DNA from: Candidatus Parcubacteria bacterium
Lineage (GTDB): Bacteria > Patescibacteriota > Microgenomatia > UBA12405
Reading direction: 5' to 3'
Length of the DNA: 64,000 nt
Assembly (NCBI GenBank): GCA_023443725.1
Contig: JAEZTF010000007.1
Coordinates: forward strand, 2,391-66,390
In this document: positions 40,253-49,128 of the stretch, one piece after another
How the letters are laid out: each line of letters begins with the position of its first letter
How positions within the stretch are numbered: the stretch's first letter is position 1
Made by a program: the position numbers and the translations under genes
Notes under the pieces: model-generated
What the model was told of the DNA's origin: nothing
The model's input: the letters and a program-made list of their open reading frames with translations, nothing else
The model's database searches: none

Positions 40253-40708
40253 ATGTTAAAAGAATTATTTTTGGCCATAGTTTTAGGAGCTTTATTGGGA
40301 TTTGGTATCACTGGTGGTTATCTAGCTATCAATAAAAAAAATAGTCAAAATAATAACTCAGTCGTTATAGTTACTCCAACAATTAAACCAGATCAAGAAA
40401 TTTCTACATTAGAAAATACTACAACAACTAAAAAAGAAGATGGTCTTACTATCAATTCTATTGATGATATGGATATCGTTTCTAAAGAAATTTTAGAAAT
40501 TAATGGGATTACCAATACTCCTAATAATACTATTATTGCTATTTCTGGAGATCAAATAATCAATTCCACTAGCGATCAAGAAGGTAAATTCTCTTTCCAA
40601 ATCAAACTTATTAGTGGTCTAAATAATATTAAAATTACTGCTATAGATAGCAATAATAATCAATTTGAAAAAGAATTAAATATTACTTATTCCACTGCCA
40701 CTATTTAA
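40253..40708 (+). CDS. Hypothetical membrane-anchored extracytoplasmic protein
   Basis: N-terminal TM followed by an Ig-like beta-rich C-terminus. Confidence 0.4.
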   Translation: MLKELFLAIVLGALLGFGITGGYLAINKKNSQNNNSVVIVTPTIKPDQEISTLENTTTTKKEDGLTINSIDDMDIVSKEILEINGITNTPNNTIIAISGDQIINSTSDQEGKFSFQIKLISGLNNIKITAIDSNNNQFEKELNITYSTATI

Positions 40709-40712
40709 AAAT

Positions 40713-41372
40713 ATGACTTTTATTTTACTTATTTTTTTATTTTTATCTTCATTTAAACCTGCTGTAGCTATAGAAGCCTCCTCCTCTGCTAATGATGTTC
40801 AAAGTATTCGAGAAGTTGTTCAACAAAAAGTAAAAGAAAAGCTTAATATAATTACTACTCCTTCTAGTAAAGCAAAAAGTTTTTTTGGATCCATTAAAGA
40901 GATTAAAAATCAACAAATAATTATCAGTCAAAACAATGAGAATAAAACTATTATTATCACTGATGAAACTATTTTTATTAATCTAAAAAAAACTAAAATT
41001 AGTTTTAAAGATATGAAAGTTGGTGATGAAATTTTAGCTATGGGATACATTGATGCCCAAGGTCAGCTTGAAACCAAAAGGATTGTTTTAATTGAATTAA
41101 AAAAAATTAAAAATACTACCCAAGTAATTAATGGACAAATAGTTGACATTTCTCAAAATTCTCCAGTTTTTATTGTTGTTCCATTTAATAATAAGAATAA
41201 TCAATATCAAGTTAAAACTGATTCAAATAATATAAAAAAAATCAGTACTGGTCAAAAAATAATTGCCATTATTAAACCGGATGAAAAAATAGCCAACACT
41301 TTCAATCTTGTAAAGATAATTTCCTCGACATCAACTTCTACAAGTTCGGCAACATCTACCTCAAAACAATAA
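40713..41372 (+). CDS. Hypothetical secreted protein with Ser/Thr-rich tail
   Basis: Signal peptide, with a C-terminal STSTSSATSTS. Confidence 0.4.
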   Translation: MTFILLIFLFLSSFKPAVAIEASSSANDVQSIREVVQQKVKEKLNIITTPSSKAKSFFGSIKEIKNQQIIISQNNENKTIIITDETIFINLKKTKISFKDMKVGDEILAMGYIDAQGQLETKRIVLIELKKIKNTTQVINGQIVDISQNSPVFIVVPFNNKNNQYQVKTDSNNIKKISTGQKIIAIIKPDEKIANTFNLVKIISSTSTSTSSATSTSKQ

Positions 41373-41380
41373 GATATAAT

Positions 41381-42085
41381 CTATTTTAACGGTTCTATCG
41401 TTTGAGTACACTCTAAAAATCCTAATCCAGAAAGATTATTATTTTCTTTATCTAAAAAACCTTGTATTTCCAATGATGGTTCAACGCAAAAATATTTTCG
41501 ATCATATATTTTCCGACCTTCCATCTCTTTAAAAGAAGTCCAAAATTGTCCATACTTAAAACCACTCAAACTCCATTTGTATTTCAACTTACTTGAAATT
41601 TCCAAGATATTTACATTAGATATTATTTTAGACGAATCAGATTTTATTAGCTTATCTATTTTTTTGCCATTTAATTTTACCCCCTGCCAATTATTATTTG
41701 CATTCCAATAATTATGTATTGCTATATTAATTATTCTAGATTTATTACTAAGATTTTTAATCTTAACTATTTGTTTAAAATCATCACCAATTTCAAAAAC
41801 TTGTTTAATATTAAGATCTAAACTTTCTACTTCTATTTCCAATTTTGTTTTATTTTTAAAAACTAACTTCCATTCCATACTTCTAAAAGGACCATGAAAG
41901 GGTAAACCAAACTTTTCCATTCCTTCACTTCCAAAATTCGGACAACAAACATGAGTATTACCTGCTTTTCCATCAATTCTTTCATAAGTCCCCAACACTA
42001 TTTCATTTTTATATTTTAATTCTCTTATTCTTCCCCCATTCAAATCAATTGTTAATTTCCAATCATTATTTTGTATTATTTCCAT
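41381..42085 (-). CDS. Aldose 1-epimerase-like (hexose-6-phosphate mutarotase-like) protein
   Basis: The HGPFRSMEW segment and beta-sandwich character. Low-confidence family call. Confidence 0.4.
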   Translation of the reverse strand: MEIIQNNDWKLTIDLNGGRIRELKYKNEIVLGTYERIDGKAGNTHVCCPNFGSEGMEKFGLPFHGPFRSMEWKLVFKNKTKLEIEVESLDLNIKQVFEIGDDFKQIVKIKNLSNKSRIINIAIHNYWNANNNWQGVKLNGKKIDKLIKSDSSKIISNVNILEISSKLKYKWSLSGFKYGQFWTSFKEMEGRKIYDRKYFCVEPSLEIQGFLDKENNNLSGLGFLECTQTIEPLK

Positions 42086-42187
42086 AAATCCATTTTATCT
42101 GATATAATCCCATTAATGTTGAATATAGTTTGTAAATCAAACCATCACCACACCAATTAAGTTGGTGGATTTCAACAGATAATCAAT

Positions 42188-42212
42188 CCGCCAACTTGGC
42201 GGGTTTTTGTTT
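42188..42212 (+). terminator. Terminator-like hairpin (CCGCC-aactt-GGCGG plus GTTTTTGTTTG) upstream of tRNA-His
   Basis: Read from the sequence. It is preceded by a second hairpin CACCAA-ttaag-TTGGTG at 42148-42168, with no plus-strand CDS upstream. Confidence 0.35.
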
Positions 42213-42235
42213 GATATAATCAAACGAAGTTACAT

Positions 42236-42313
42236 GGTGGTATTAGCTCAATTGGTTAGAGCGCAGCTCTGTGAAAGCTGAGGTTACCGGTTCAAGTCCG
42301 GCATACCACCCCA
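42236..42313 (+). tRNA. tRNA-His (anticodon GUG) with encoded G-1 and 3' CCA
   Basis: G-1 plus acceptor GTGGTAT/ATACCAC, discriminator C73, anticodon loop CTGTGAA, T-arm CCGGTTCAAGTCCGG, then CCA. Confidence 0.85.
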
Positions 42314-42417
42314 AAAAATATGAAAAATAAAATTAATTTTATTAAAAACCATCGACATACCGTGGGCACCAACACCGCGGGGTTCTTGGCCGCCTAAAAA
42401 CTTTTTTATTATTAATC

Positions 42418-42452
42418 AAATCCCCGCTTCCCCGCGGGGATTTTTAATTTTT
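42418..42452 (+). terminator. Rho-independent terminator after tRNA-His
   Basis: 10-bp stem AAATCCCCGC/GCGGGGATTT with loop TTCCCC, followed by TTAATTTTT. Confidence 0.55.
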
Positions 42453-42465
42453 AATAAAAAACAAA

Positions 42466-43860
42466 ATGAAAGAAATGTTAAACAATCAAGAAATCAATAG
42501 TAACGATTTCGATAATTATCAATTTAATATCATTAAACCAGGTGGAAACGACACTTGTATTATCACAAGTGCAGTTAATGATCAGGTAGAAAGAAAAAGA
42601 CTAAATGATCTAATCATGAGTAATTATTCTAATGTAGAACAAGTCGGTTTTTTATCTGACGATCAACTCAATATGGCTGGCGGAGAATTTTGTGGTAATG
42701 CCACCAGAAGTTCTGCTTTTTTAATTCTTAATGGTAAACCAGGAGAAATAAAATTAAACGTGTCTGGAGTCAAAGACGCTTTAGTTTGTGGTGTCAATCA
42801 AAATCTCGAAGCTTATGCTCAAATGCCAATTTATTCAGACCCTGAAAAAATAACACCAATTAGACAACCAAATGGTTTGCCTGATTACTTAGTAGAAATA
42901 GAAGGGATTTCTCACCTAATTACTTTTAATACTGAATCAATAGACGGCTTATCTGAAGAAAAAATTAAACAACTTGCTAAAAATAGAATAGATGAACTAA
43001 GTCTAGATAAACTACCTGCAGCAGGAGTAATTTTTACTCAAAAACAAGAAAGCTCATATCAAATTACTCCAGTAGTTTATGTTAGAGATATTGATACTCT
43101 ATTTTACGAGACAGCCTGCGGTAGTGGTACTACTGCTCTCGGTCTAGTTTTATCAAAAATAAATAATCAGTCTATTGATGACATTCCAGTTATTCAACCA
43201 TCTGGAATGGATATAAAAGTATCAGTCGATTTTGATGGTCAAAAATTTAGAACGGCCTTCATAAAAGGAAAAATTGAATCGTTGTCAAAAGGCGAAATAT
43301 ATCGCAATACAATCATTGAAAAAATTTCCGACGAAAGCCAATTAAATGATGCTTTTGATAAAGGATTAATTGATCTATATATAGACGTTTTCAGCCAACC
43401 TCCATATGAAGAAAAATTTTCAACAGACGAGGTAAAAGATTTCTTTAAAGATTACCTTAGTCTAGGAAATATTTTTATTTGTCGAGACAAAAATACTATT
43501 ATTGGTTTTTGTGCCTCACTACCACTTTCAAATGAACCAGAATTATGTAAATTATTAAGCTCAAAAGGAATAGATATTAAAAATACTATATATTTTGCCG
43601 AACTTGGAGTATCTTCAAACTTTAGACAAAAAGGTATTGGCAAAAAATTAACTCAATCACTTTTGAATTCTACTGGTAATCAGTCAGCCATATTAAGAAC
43701 ATCGGAAAATAATATTAAAGCGATATCTTTATATCAAAAAATTGGTTTTCAAAAACTTCCTGTAGTTCAAGAAGTAACCCAAATGAGAACTAGTGGAGAA
43801 ATGACAACCGATCGTCGTGTATTTTATATATTTAAAAAAAATTATGCTAGTCAAATATAA
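42466..43860 (+). CDS. Fusion protein: DapF-fold (diaminopimelate-epimerase-like) domain plus C-terminal GNAT acetyltransferase
   Basis: N-terminal domain has GND (IKPGGNDTCII), FCGNATRSS (Ser in place of DapF Cys73, relative to CGNGARC) and ACGSGTTAL (matching DapF ACGSGACA). C-terminal GNAT motif A FAELGVSSNFRQKGIGKKL. Confidence 0.55.
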   Translation: MKEMLNNQEINSNDFDNYQFNIIKPGGNDTCIITSAVNDQVERKRLNDLIMSNYSNVEQVGFLSDDQLNMAGGEFCGNATRSSAFLILNGKPGEIKLNVSGVKDALVCGVNQNLEAYAQMPIYSDPEKITPIRQPNGLPDYLVEIEGISHLITFNTESIDGLSEEKIKQLAKNRIDELSLDKLPAAGVIFTQKQESSYQITPVVYVRDIDTLFYETACGSGTTALGLVLSKINNQSIDDIPVIQPSGMDIKVSVDFDGQKFRTAFIKGKIESLSKGEIYRNTIIEKISDESQLNDAFDKGLIDLYIDVFSQPPYEEKFSTDEVKDFFKDYLSLGNIFICRDKNTIIGFCASLPLSNEPELCKLLSSKGIDIKNTIYFAELGVSSNFRQKGIGKKLTQSLLNSTGNQSAILRTSENNIKAISLYQKIGFQKLPVVQEVTQMRTSGEMTTDRRVFYIFKKNYASQI

Positions 43861-44446
43861 AGATTTAATTAAGATTGATGTTATTGATAATGGTGAAAAA
43901 TTAGTTAGTTTTCAAGACAATTTTTTACTTAGAGAAAATGTAGTTATAAAACTTAAACAAATTGAAATACAACTGCAATCAATAAACCCAAATTATGTTA
44001 TTCAAGTTTTATCTGGACTTAGAGATATGCCAAAACAAATTAAAATGTTCAAAAAACAACTAAGTCTTATTAGTCAAAAACGTTTTTATCAAAACTCTGT
44101 TGATCTTTATGAAAAAGTTCACCAATATATTGCTGTTCCCTCAGTAGCTGGACACCCTACCGGAGGAGCAGTTGACTTATTAATAATTGATAAAAACACT
44201 AATAAACCAATTGAGTTTGGTAGTGATTATTTAGATTTTAACAATCCAAATATTAAATACTTTTCAAAATCAATTAGTTTTGAATCAAGAAAAAATAGAA
44301 AATTGCTTCGCCAATTAATGTTAAAAAATGGATTTGCTCCATACGATGGTGAATGGTGGCACTTTTCTTATGGAGATAAAGAATGGGCTTTTTATTATAA
44401 AAAATCAAATGCCATCTACAACCAATTATTAAATGTTAAAATCTAA
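43844..44446 (+). CDS. M15-family zinc D-Ala-D-Ala dipeptidase (VanX-like)
   Basis: HPTGGAVDL (HxxGxAxD) and EWWHFSY (ExxH), about 200 aa as in VanX. Start trimmed to MLVKYKDL. Confidence 0.65.
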   Translation: MLVKYKDLIKIDVIDNGEKLVSFQDNFLLRENVVIKLKQIEIQLQSINPNYVIQVLSGLRDMPKQIKMFKKQLSLISQKRFYQNSVDLYEKVHQYIAVPSVAGHPTGGAVDLLIIDKNTNKPIEFGSDYLDFNNPNIKYFSKSISFESRKNRKLLRQLMLKNGFAPYDGEWWHFSYGDKEWAFYYKKSNAIYNQLLNVKI

Positions 44447-44448
44447 CT

Positions 44449-45693
44449 ATGAATCAACCAAAAATTAAACCTCAAACCCTAAAAGGTTTTCGAGATTTTT
44501 TACCTGTCGATATGACAGTCAGAAATTATGTCAAAAATACTTTAACTAGTCTTTTTGAAACTTGCGGTTTTCAACCTCTAGAAACTCCAGCCCTTGAATA
44601 TGGCTCGGTTTTAAAAGGCAAATATGGGAGTGAAACCGATGACAAACTTGGCTATTTCTTTAAAGACAATGGTGATCGTGAAGTTGGTCTTCGATACGAT
44701 TTGACCGTTCCTACAGCCAAAATATTAGCTATTTATAACAACCAATTATCATTACCATTTCGTCGTTACCAAATTCAACCAGTTTGGCGCGCTGAAAACA
44801 CTCAAAAAGGTCGTTATCGTGAATTTATTCAGTGTGATATAGATATTTTTGGTACCGACTCCCCCATTGCAGATGCCGAAATAATTTCTATCATTTACCA
44901 AGGTACTCAAAAATTCGGTTTTAAAGATGCTGTTATTAAAATTAATAGCCGCCAGATTTTAGCTTCTATATTAAGTCAAAGTGGTATCGAAACTAATCAA
45001 AATTCAGTACTTCAATCACTCGATAAATTAGACAAAATTGGTGAAGATGGAGTAAAAAATGAAATCATTTCCAAAGGCCTTAATACCACTCAAATTGATA
45101 AGTTGTTGAACAATATCAAAATAGCTCAACCTGATGATAAACTTTCTCAAATTCTAAATTCTTTAAATGATTTTAATATCCCTAAGTCAGCTTTTGTTTT
45201 TGATCCATCATTAGTTCGTGGTTGTGATTATTACACCAGTACTATCTTTGAAATCCAAGTACCACAGGCCAATGGTTCTATTGGAGGTGGTGGTCGTTAT
45301 GACAATCTTATCGAAACTCTTGGTGGTCCAAGTATTCCAGCTGTTGGTTTTTCATTTGGTTTTGAAAGATTAGTTGATGTTATTCAAGATCTTCAACTTG
45401 TTCCAAAAGAAAATCAAAACAATATTAAAATATTAATTGCCAATTTAGGAACAGAAACTCAAAAAGAAATTATAAATTTAACCAATCAACTTCGTCAAAA
45501 CAATATTTCTTCAATCATTTATCCCGATAATGAGAAACTTGGTAAACAAATTAAATACGCTTTATCTTTAGGTATTTCCTATTTGGCCATTATTGGAACC
45601 AACGAGGCCAAAAATAATACTATTACTCTCAAAAATTTAAACACTACCGAGCAACAAACAGTTAGCCTAAAAGAATTAGTTGATATGCTATAA
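44449..45693 (+). CDS. hisS: Histidyl-tRNA synthetase
   Basis: N-terminal LKGFRDFLP, class II motifs and a C-terminal anticodon-binding domain. 414 aa. Confidence 0.85.
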   Translation: MNQPKIKPQTLKGFRDFLPVDMTVRNYVKNTLTSLFETCGFQPLETPALEYGSVLKGKYGSETDDKLGYFFKDNGDREVGLRYDLTVPTAKILAIYNNQLSLPFRRYQIQPVWRAENTQKGRYREFIQCDIDIFGTDSPIADAEIISIIYQGTQKFGFKDAVIKINSRQILASILSQSGIETNQNSVLQSLDKLDKIGEDGVKNEIISKGLNTTQIDKLLNNIKIAQPDDKLSQILNSLNDFNIPKSAFVFDPSLVRGCDYYTSTIFEIQVPQANGSIGGGGRYDNLIETLGGPSIPAVGFSFGFERLVDVIQDLQLVPKENQNNIKILIANLGTETQKEIINLTNQLRQNNISSIIYPDNEKLGKQIKYALSLGISYLAIIGTNEAKNNTITLKNLNTTEQQTVSLKELVDML

Positions 45694-45701
45694 TAAGCCT
45701 T

Positions 45702-45956
45702 ATGAAACAACAAACTCATCCACAATATTACGATAATTGCCAAGTCACTTGTGCTTGCGGCAATAAATTTACCACTGGTTCAACTGTTGAAAAAATCGAA
45801 GTTGACGTTTGTTCAAAATGTCATCCTTTCTTTACTGGTCAACAAAAATTCGTCGACATCAAAGGTAGAATCGATAAATTTAAAGAAAAAGTTGCTAAAG
45901 GTCAAGCTACTGCTGCTACTAAAGCTGCCAAAAAATCTACTAAAAAATCAAATTAG
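45702..45956 (+). CDS. rpmE: 50S ribosomal protein L31 (Zn-ribbon type) with Lys/Ala-rich C-terminal tail
   Basis: CxC...CxxC, HPFFTGQQKFVDIKGRIDKF. Confidence 0.85.
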   Translation: MKQQTHPQYYDNCQVTCACGNKFTTGSTVEKIEVDVCSKCHPFFTGQQKFVDIKGRIDKFKEKVAKGQATAATKAAKKSTKKSN

Positions 45957-46038
45957 CTACTTCAAAACCGCTTCATTTTTATCCAAAAATTGGCGGTTTT
46001 TTGTTTATAATTAAAATTATTATCAACTCATTTAAAAA

Positions 46039-46761
46039 ATGCCAAACATTAATCCAAATATCGCCATAATGGAATTCTACCCCGGTCCAGGTGGCCAAGA
46101 AGCTACTATTTGGGCCAATGATCTAATGAATATGTATGTTCGTTATGCCAACAAAGTTGGTTGGAAAGTTTCTCAAATCGATGATCATATTATTCAAATT
46201 TCTGGATACGATGCTTATAGTCAATTAAAACATGAAGCTGGAACCCATCGGGTTCAACGCATTCCTATTACCGAAAAAAGAGGCCGTCTGCAAACGTCCA
46301 CTGCCTCTATTGCTGTCATGCCTCAAATCGAGTCTAAAGAGATTAATTTTAGTATGGATGATGTTGTTATTACCGCCTCTAGGGCTGGTGGTAATGGTGG
46401 TCAGAATGTTAATAAAGTTTCTACTGCTGTTCACTTAGTTCACAAACCTACCGGACTTATGTTTGATGTTCGCACCGAAAGATATCAACAACAAAATCGA
46501 GAAATCGCTCTTAAGCTGCTTCAAAATAAACTTTGGCAAATTGAAGAAGAAAAAAAAGCCTCTCAAATTGCTGGTGGCCGATCAAATGTCAGCCAATCAA
46601 CTCGAGCCGACAAAATTCGTACCTACAATTATCCTCGAAATCAAGTCAAAGATCATCGTGTTGAAAAATCTTTCAATAATCTTGACAAAATCATGGCCGG
46701 AGATTTAGATGATCTCTTTCTTGAGCTCACCATCCTCGACGAACCTATTGAAAAGAAATAA
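46039..46761 (+). CDS. Class I peptide chain release factor lacking N-terminal domain 1 (RF1-like, PIT/GGQ)
   Basis: GGQ motif [21 protein letters not shown]1-type tripeptide region [13 protein letters not shown] (PxT) and a C-terminal RTYNYP. It is only 240 aa, with just 82 nt between the rpmE stop and this start. Confidence 0.7.
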   Translation: MPNINPNIAIMEFYPGPGGQEATIWANDLMNMYVRYANKVGWKVSQIDDHIIQISGYDAYSQLKHEAGTHRVQRIPITEKRGRLQTSTASIAVMPQIESKEINFSMDDVVITASRAGGNGGQNVNKVSTAVHLVHKPTGLMFDVRTERYQQQNREIALKLLQNKLWQIEEEKKASQIAGGRSNVSQSTRADKIRTYNYPRNQVKDHRVEKSFNNLDKIMAGDLDDLFLELTILDEPIEKK

Positions 46762-46762
46762 T

Positions 46763-47566
46763 TTATTTTTCCTTATTAATCAATCGCCACAACAGCTCAA
46801 ATCTCATTCTCTCAAAACTAGCGATTTCTTGGTCTTCAATCACCACCCCTGCAAACTTCCCTTTCATAAAAGAAATAAATGCCACTTTATTATTCCAAAG
46901 CATATAATCTGTTTCTGTACTATTTTTTTGAGGAATAGATATTATGGTGTTTATCTTTGTTGAATATTTTCTTCGATATTCTGTATCCCATTCAGAATCC
47001 GTCACTATTTCTTTTGTTTCTATTCCTTTGGCAATTAATTTCTTTTCATAATAATCAATAAAATTCTCAAAGTCTTTATTTTCAATTTTTGTCAAACAAA
47101 AAACTAAAATTTTATCTGCTTCTAAAGTTTCTAAATAAATCTGTTTTATTGACTCCAAACCTTCATAAAATCTAACCTTAGTATTAACGTCGATACTAGA
47201 ATAAATCCCGATTTCTGGCAAAACAGTTTTTGCTAACTCAAACGCCTTTAAGGAATTCTCTTTTTTCTTCTCTATTAGAGAGATTAATTTTTCTGGTGGC
47301 TCTGCCAACAAACTTCTCTTTTTACCAAATGGAGTTTCTAATACCAAACCCAAAGCTTTTAATTTTTCCAAAATCAAATAACAAGTACTTCTAGCCACTC
47401 CGATATTTTTAGATATTTGATTTATGGTTGTTTTTCCATTGACCAAACAATTTAAATAAAATTCAGCCGACTTTTGATCCAAATCTAAACTTTTAAAAAT
47501 TTCTGACAGTTGGTCTTTTAGTTTATCTTTTTCTATCATGACAAATATTAACACAAATGTCGACAC
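46763..47566 (-). CDS. TrmB-family transcriptional regulator
   Basis: N-terminal wHTH (TINQISKNIGVARSTCYLILEKLKALGLV) with a C-terminal TrmB-like domain. Confidence 0.65.
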   Translation of the reverse strand: MSTFVLIFVMIEKDKLKDQLSEIFKSLDLDQKSAEFYLNCLVNGKTTINQISKNIGVARSTCYLILEKLKALGLVLETPFGKKRSLLAEPPEKLISLIEKKKENSLKAFELAKTVLPEIGIYSSIDVNTKVRFYEGLESIKQIYLETLEADKILVFCLTKIENKDFENFIDYYEKKLIAKGIETKEIVTDSEWDTEYRRKYSTKINTIISIPQKNSTETDYMLWNNKVAFISFMKGKFAGVVIEDQEIASFERMRFELLWRLINKEK

Positions 47567-47637
47567 ATGTGACGATTTTTGTATTAATTAAAAGACAGAG
47601 GTATATTCAACAGAATTAATATTTAAAAATTAATTAT

Positions 47638-48411
47638 ATGACCGAAAATCAAACAACATTTACTCAAGAAATTAATTGGGCAGGAGCATTTAGAGAATCT
47701 CTAGATAGTACTGTTTCTCATCAAGCAGTTGGTATGCCTTCCTCTGTTGAAGTTACCCCAATTGATTTAAAAGAGTTATCAAAAACAATTGAAATAACTT
47801 CCAAAGAAGATATTGCAAAAGCCTTGGACTATGCAGTTGAATTAACACCTGTTTACTCAGGAATAACTGCTGATGAATTCTACGAAGCCAATGGAATGGA
47901 TAAGAATATTCCAAAAAGAAGTGCTCAAGAATTAACTGATATTTTATCGATGATTATTGATGGCAGTGCTCAAGAAAATTTAAATTTACCAAAAGGTGTT
48001 GCTAAATTAATTACCAAACTTAAGGCACCCCTTACACCTCATGACGTAAAAAGAGGAACCATAAGAGGTATTCTTACTGCCAAACAATGTGCCGCTTGTG
48101 AACAAGTTGATCCTGTTGTTGGAGCTCAAATTCATATTGCTTCTGGGATAATTAATAGAATTTATCAAAATCCAAACATTAACGACTTTTGGAATGAAAC
48201 CTATTTGGAAGGAAGTATTGGTGATATCAACAATCCTCAAACAATTGGTATCGTTGACCTTTTAATACTTGTTGTTGAAAATAATAAAGAAAAATTCCCA
48301 GAATTAGACAGATTCTTCGGTTCCAATCTTGTTTTGGGAGAAGGTGAAGGTAAATTTGAAGGAACTTATTATGACATGGTCGACTTACCTGAATATAAAG
48401 ATTCAGAATAA
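47638..48411 (+). CDS. Hypothetical protein
   Basis: No motif recognised. Divergent from the TrmB-family gene. Confidence 0.35.
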   Translation: MTENQTTFTQEINWAGAFRESLDSTVSHQAVGMPSSVEVTPIDLKELSKTIEITSKEDIAKALDYAVELTPVYSGITADEFYEANGMDKNIPKRSAQELTDILSMIIDGSAQENLNLPKGVAKLITKLKAPLTPHDVKRGTIRGILTAKQCAACEQVDPVVGAQIHIASGIINRIYQNPNINDFWNETYLEGSIGDINNPQTIGIVDLLILVVENNKEKFPELDRFFGSNLVLGEGEGKFEGTYYDMVDLPEYKDSE

Positions 48412-48413
48412 TT

Positions 48414-49124
48414 ATGATAATTGATCAAAACAAATTAGAAGAAAAAAAGATAATTGAGCTAATCAATCCAAAAAACAAGACCGTTTTGGAGATTGGTTGT
48501 GGTAATGGTAATGTAGCTAAATTTTTAGCTCCTCTTTGCTCTCAATATATTGGTATTGATGTCGACAGAAAGGCAATTAATCAAGCCAAAAAAAATACAA
48601 AAAGTTTACCTAATATATCTTTCTTGGTTAGATCAGGTGACAATACTAAATTTAAAGATAGATCATTTGATACTGTCTTAATGCATCTCTGCTTACATGA
48701 AATCCCTCCTCAAATACAAGGTTTAGTTTTGAGAGAAATTCATCGAGTACTTAAAGACAAAGGTCAATTATTGATTATTGACCCAACCGAACCGCCAGGA
48801 CAAGTCCAATCATTGTACAATGTCGGTTATAAATTTTTATTTTTTGATCATTCAACAGTTGTCAAACATTCTATTGATGTTATCCAACAATCTATATCTG
48901 CTAATTTATATGAAGTGATCAAGAAATCAAGTTTAAAAATAGATTTTTCTTTTAAAGATTTAGAAGAATTACAAAATCTTATTCAAAATGATTTCTATGA
49001 AATCAATTGGGATTTAAAAAATAAAAAAATATTGACCAATGAGTTATTAAAAATAACAAAGAATAAGACCAAAAATATCATTCTTATTGATGATTTAACT
49101 ATTACTAATTTAGTTAAAATATAA
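48414..49124 (+). CDS. Class I SAM-dependent methyltransferase
   Basis: Motif I VLEIGCGNGNVAKFL and motif post-I IGIDVD. Confidence 0.75.
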   Translation: MIIDQNKLEEKKIIELINPKNKTVLEIGCGNGNVAKFLAPLCSQYIGIDVDRKAINQAKKNTKSLPNISFLVRSGDNTKFKDRSFDTVLMHLCLHEIPPQIQGLVLREIHRVLKDKGQLLIIDPTEPPGQVQSLYNVGYKFLFFDHSTVVKHSIDVIQQSISANLYEVIKKSSLKIDFSFKDLEELQNLIQNDFYEINWDLKNKKILTNELLKITKNKTKNIILIDDLTITNLVKI

Positions 49125-49128
49125 ATTC

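Noticed and set aside
44449-45693. T-box riboswitch upstream of hisS
   Set aside because: Only a 2-nt gap separates hisS from the upstream M15 gene. The structured elements near tRNA-His are too short (under 130 nt) and lack the T-box AGGGTGGNACCGCG consensus.
45751-46963. ORFs 45751-46014, 46225-46434(-), 46232-46438, 46463-46708, 46709-46963
   Set aside because: These are alternative-frame or antisense ORFs inside rpmE, the RF1-like gene and the TrmB-family gene, with low-complexity translations.
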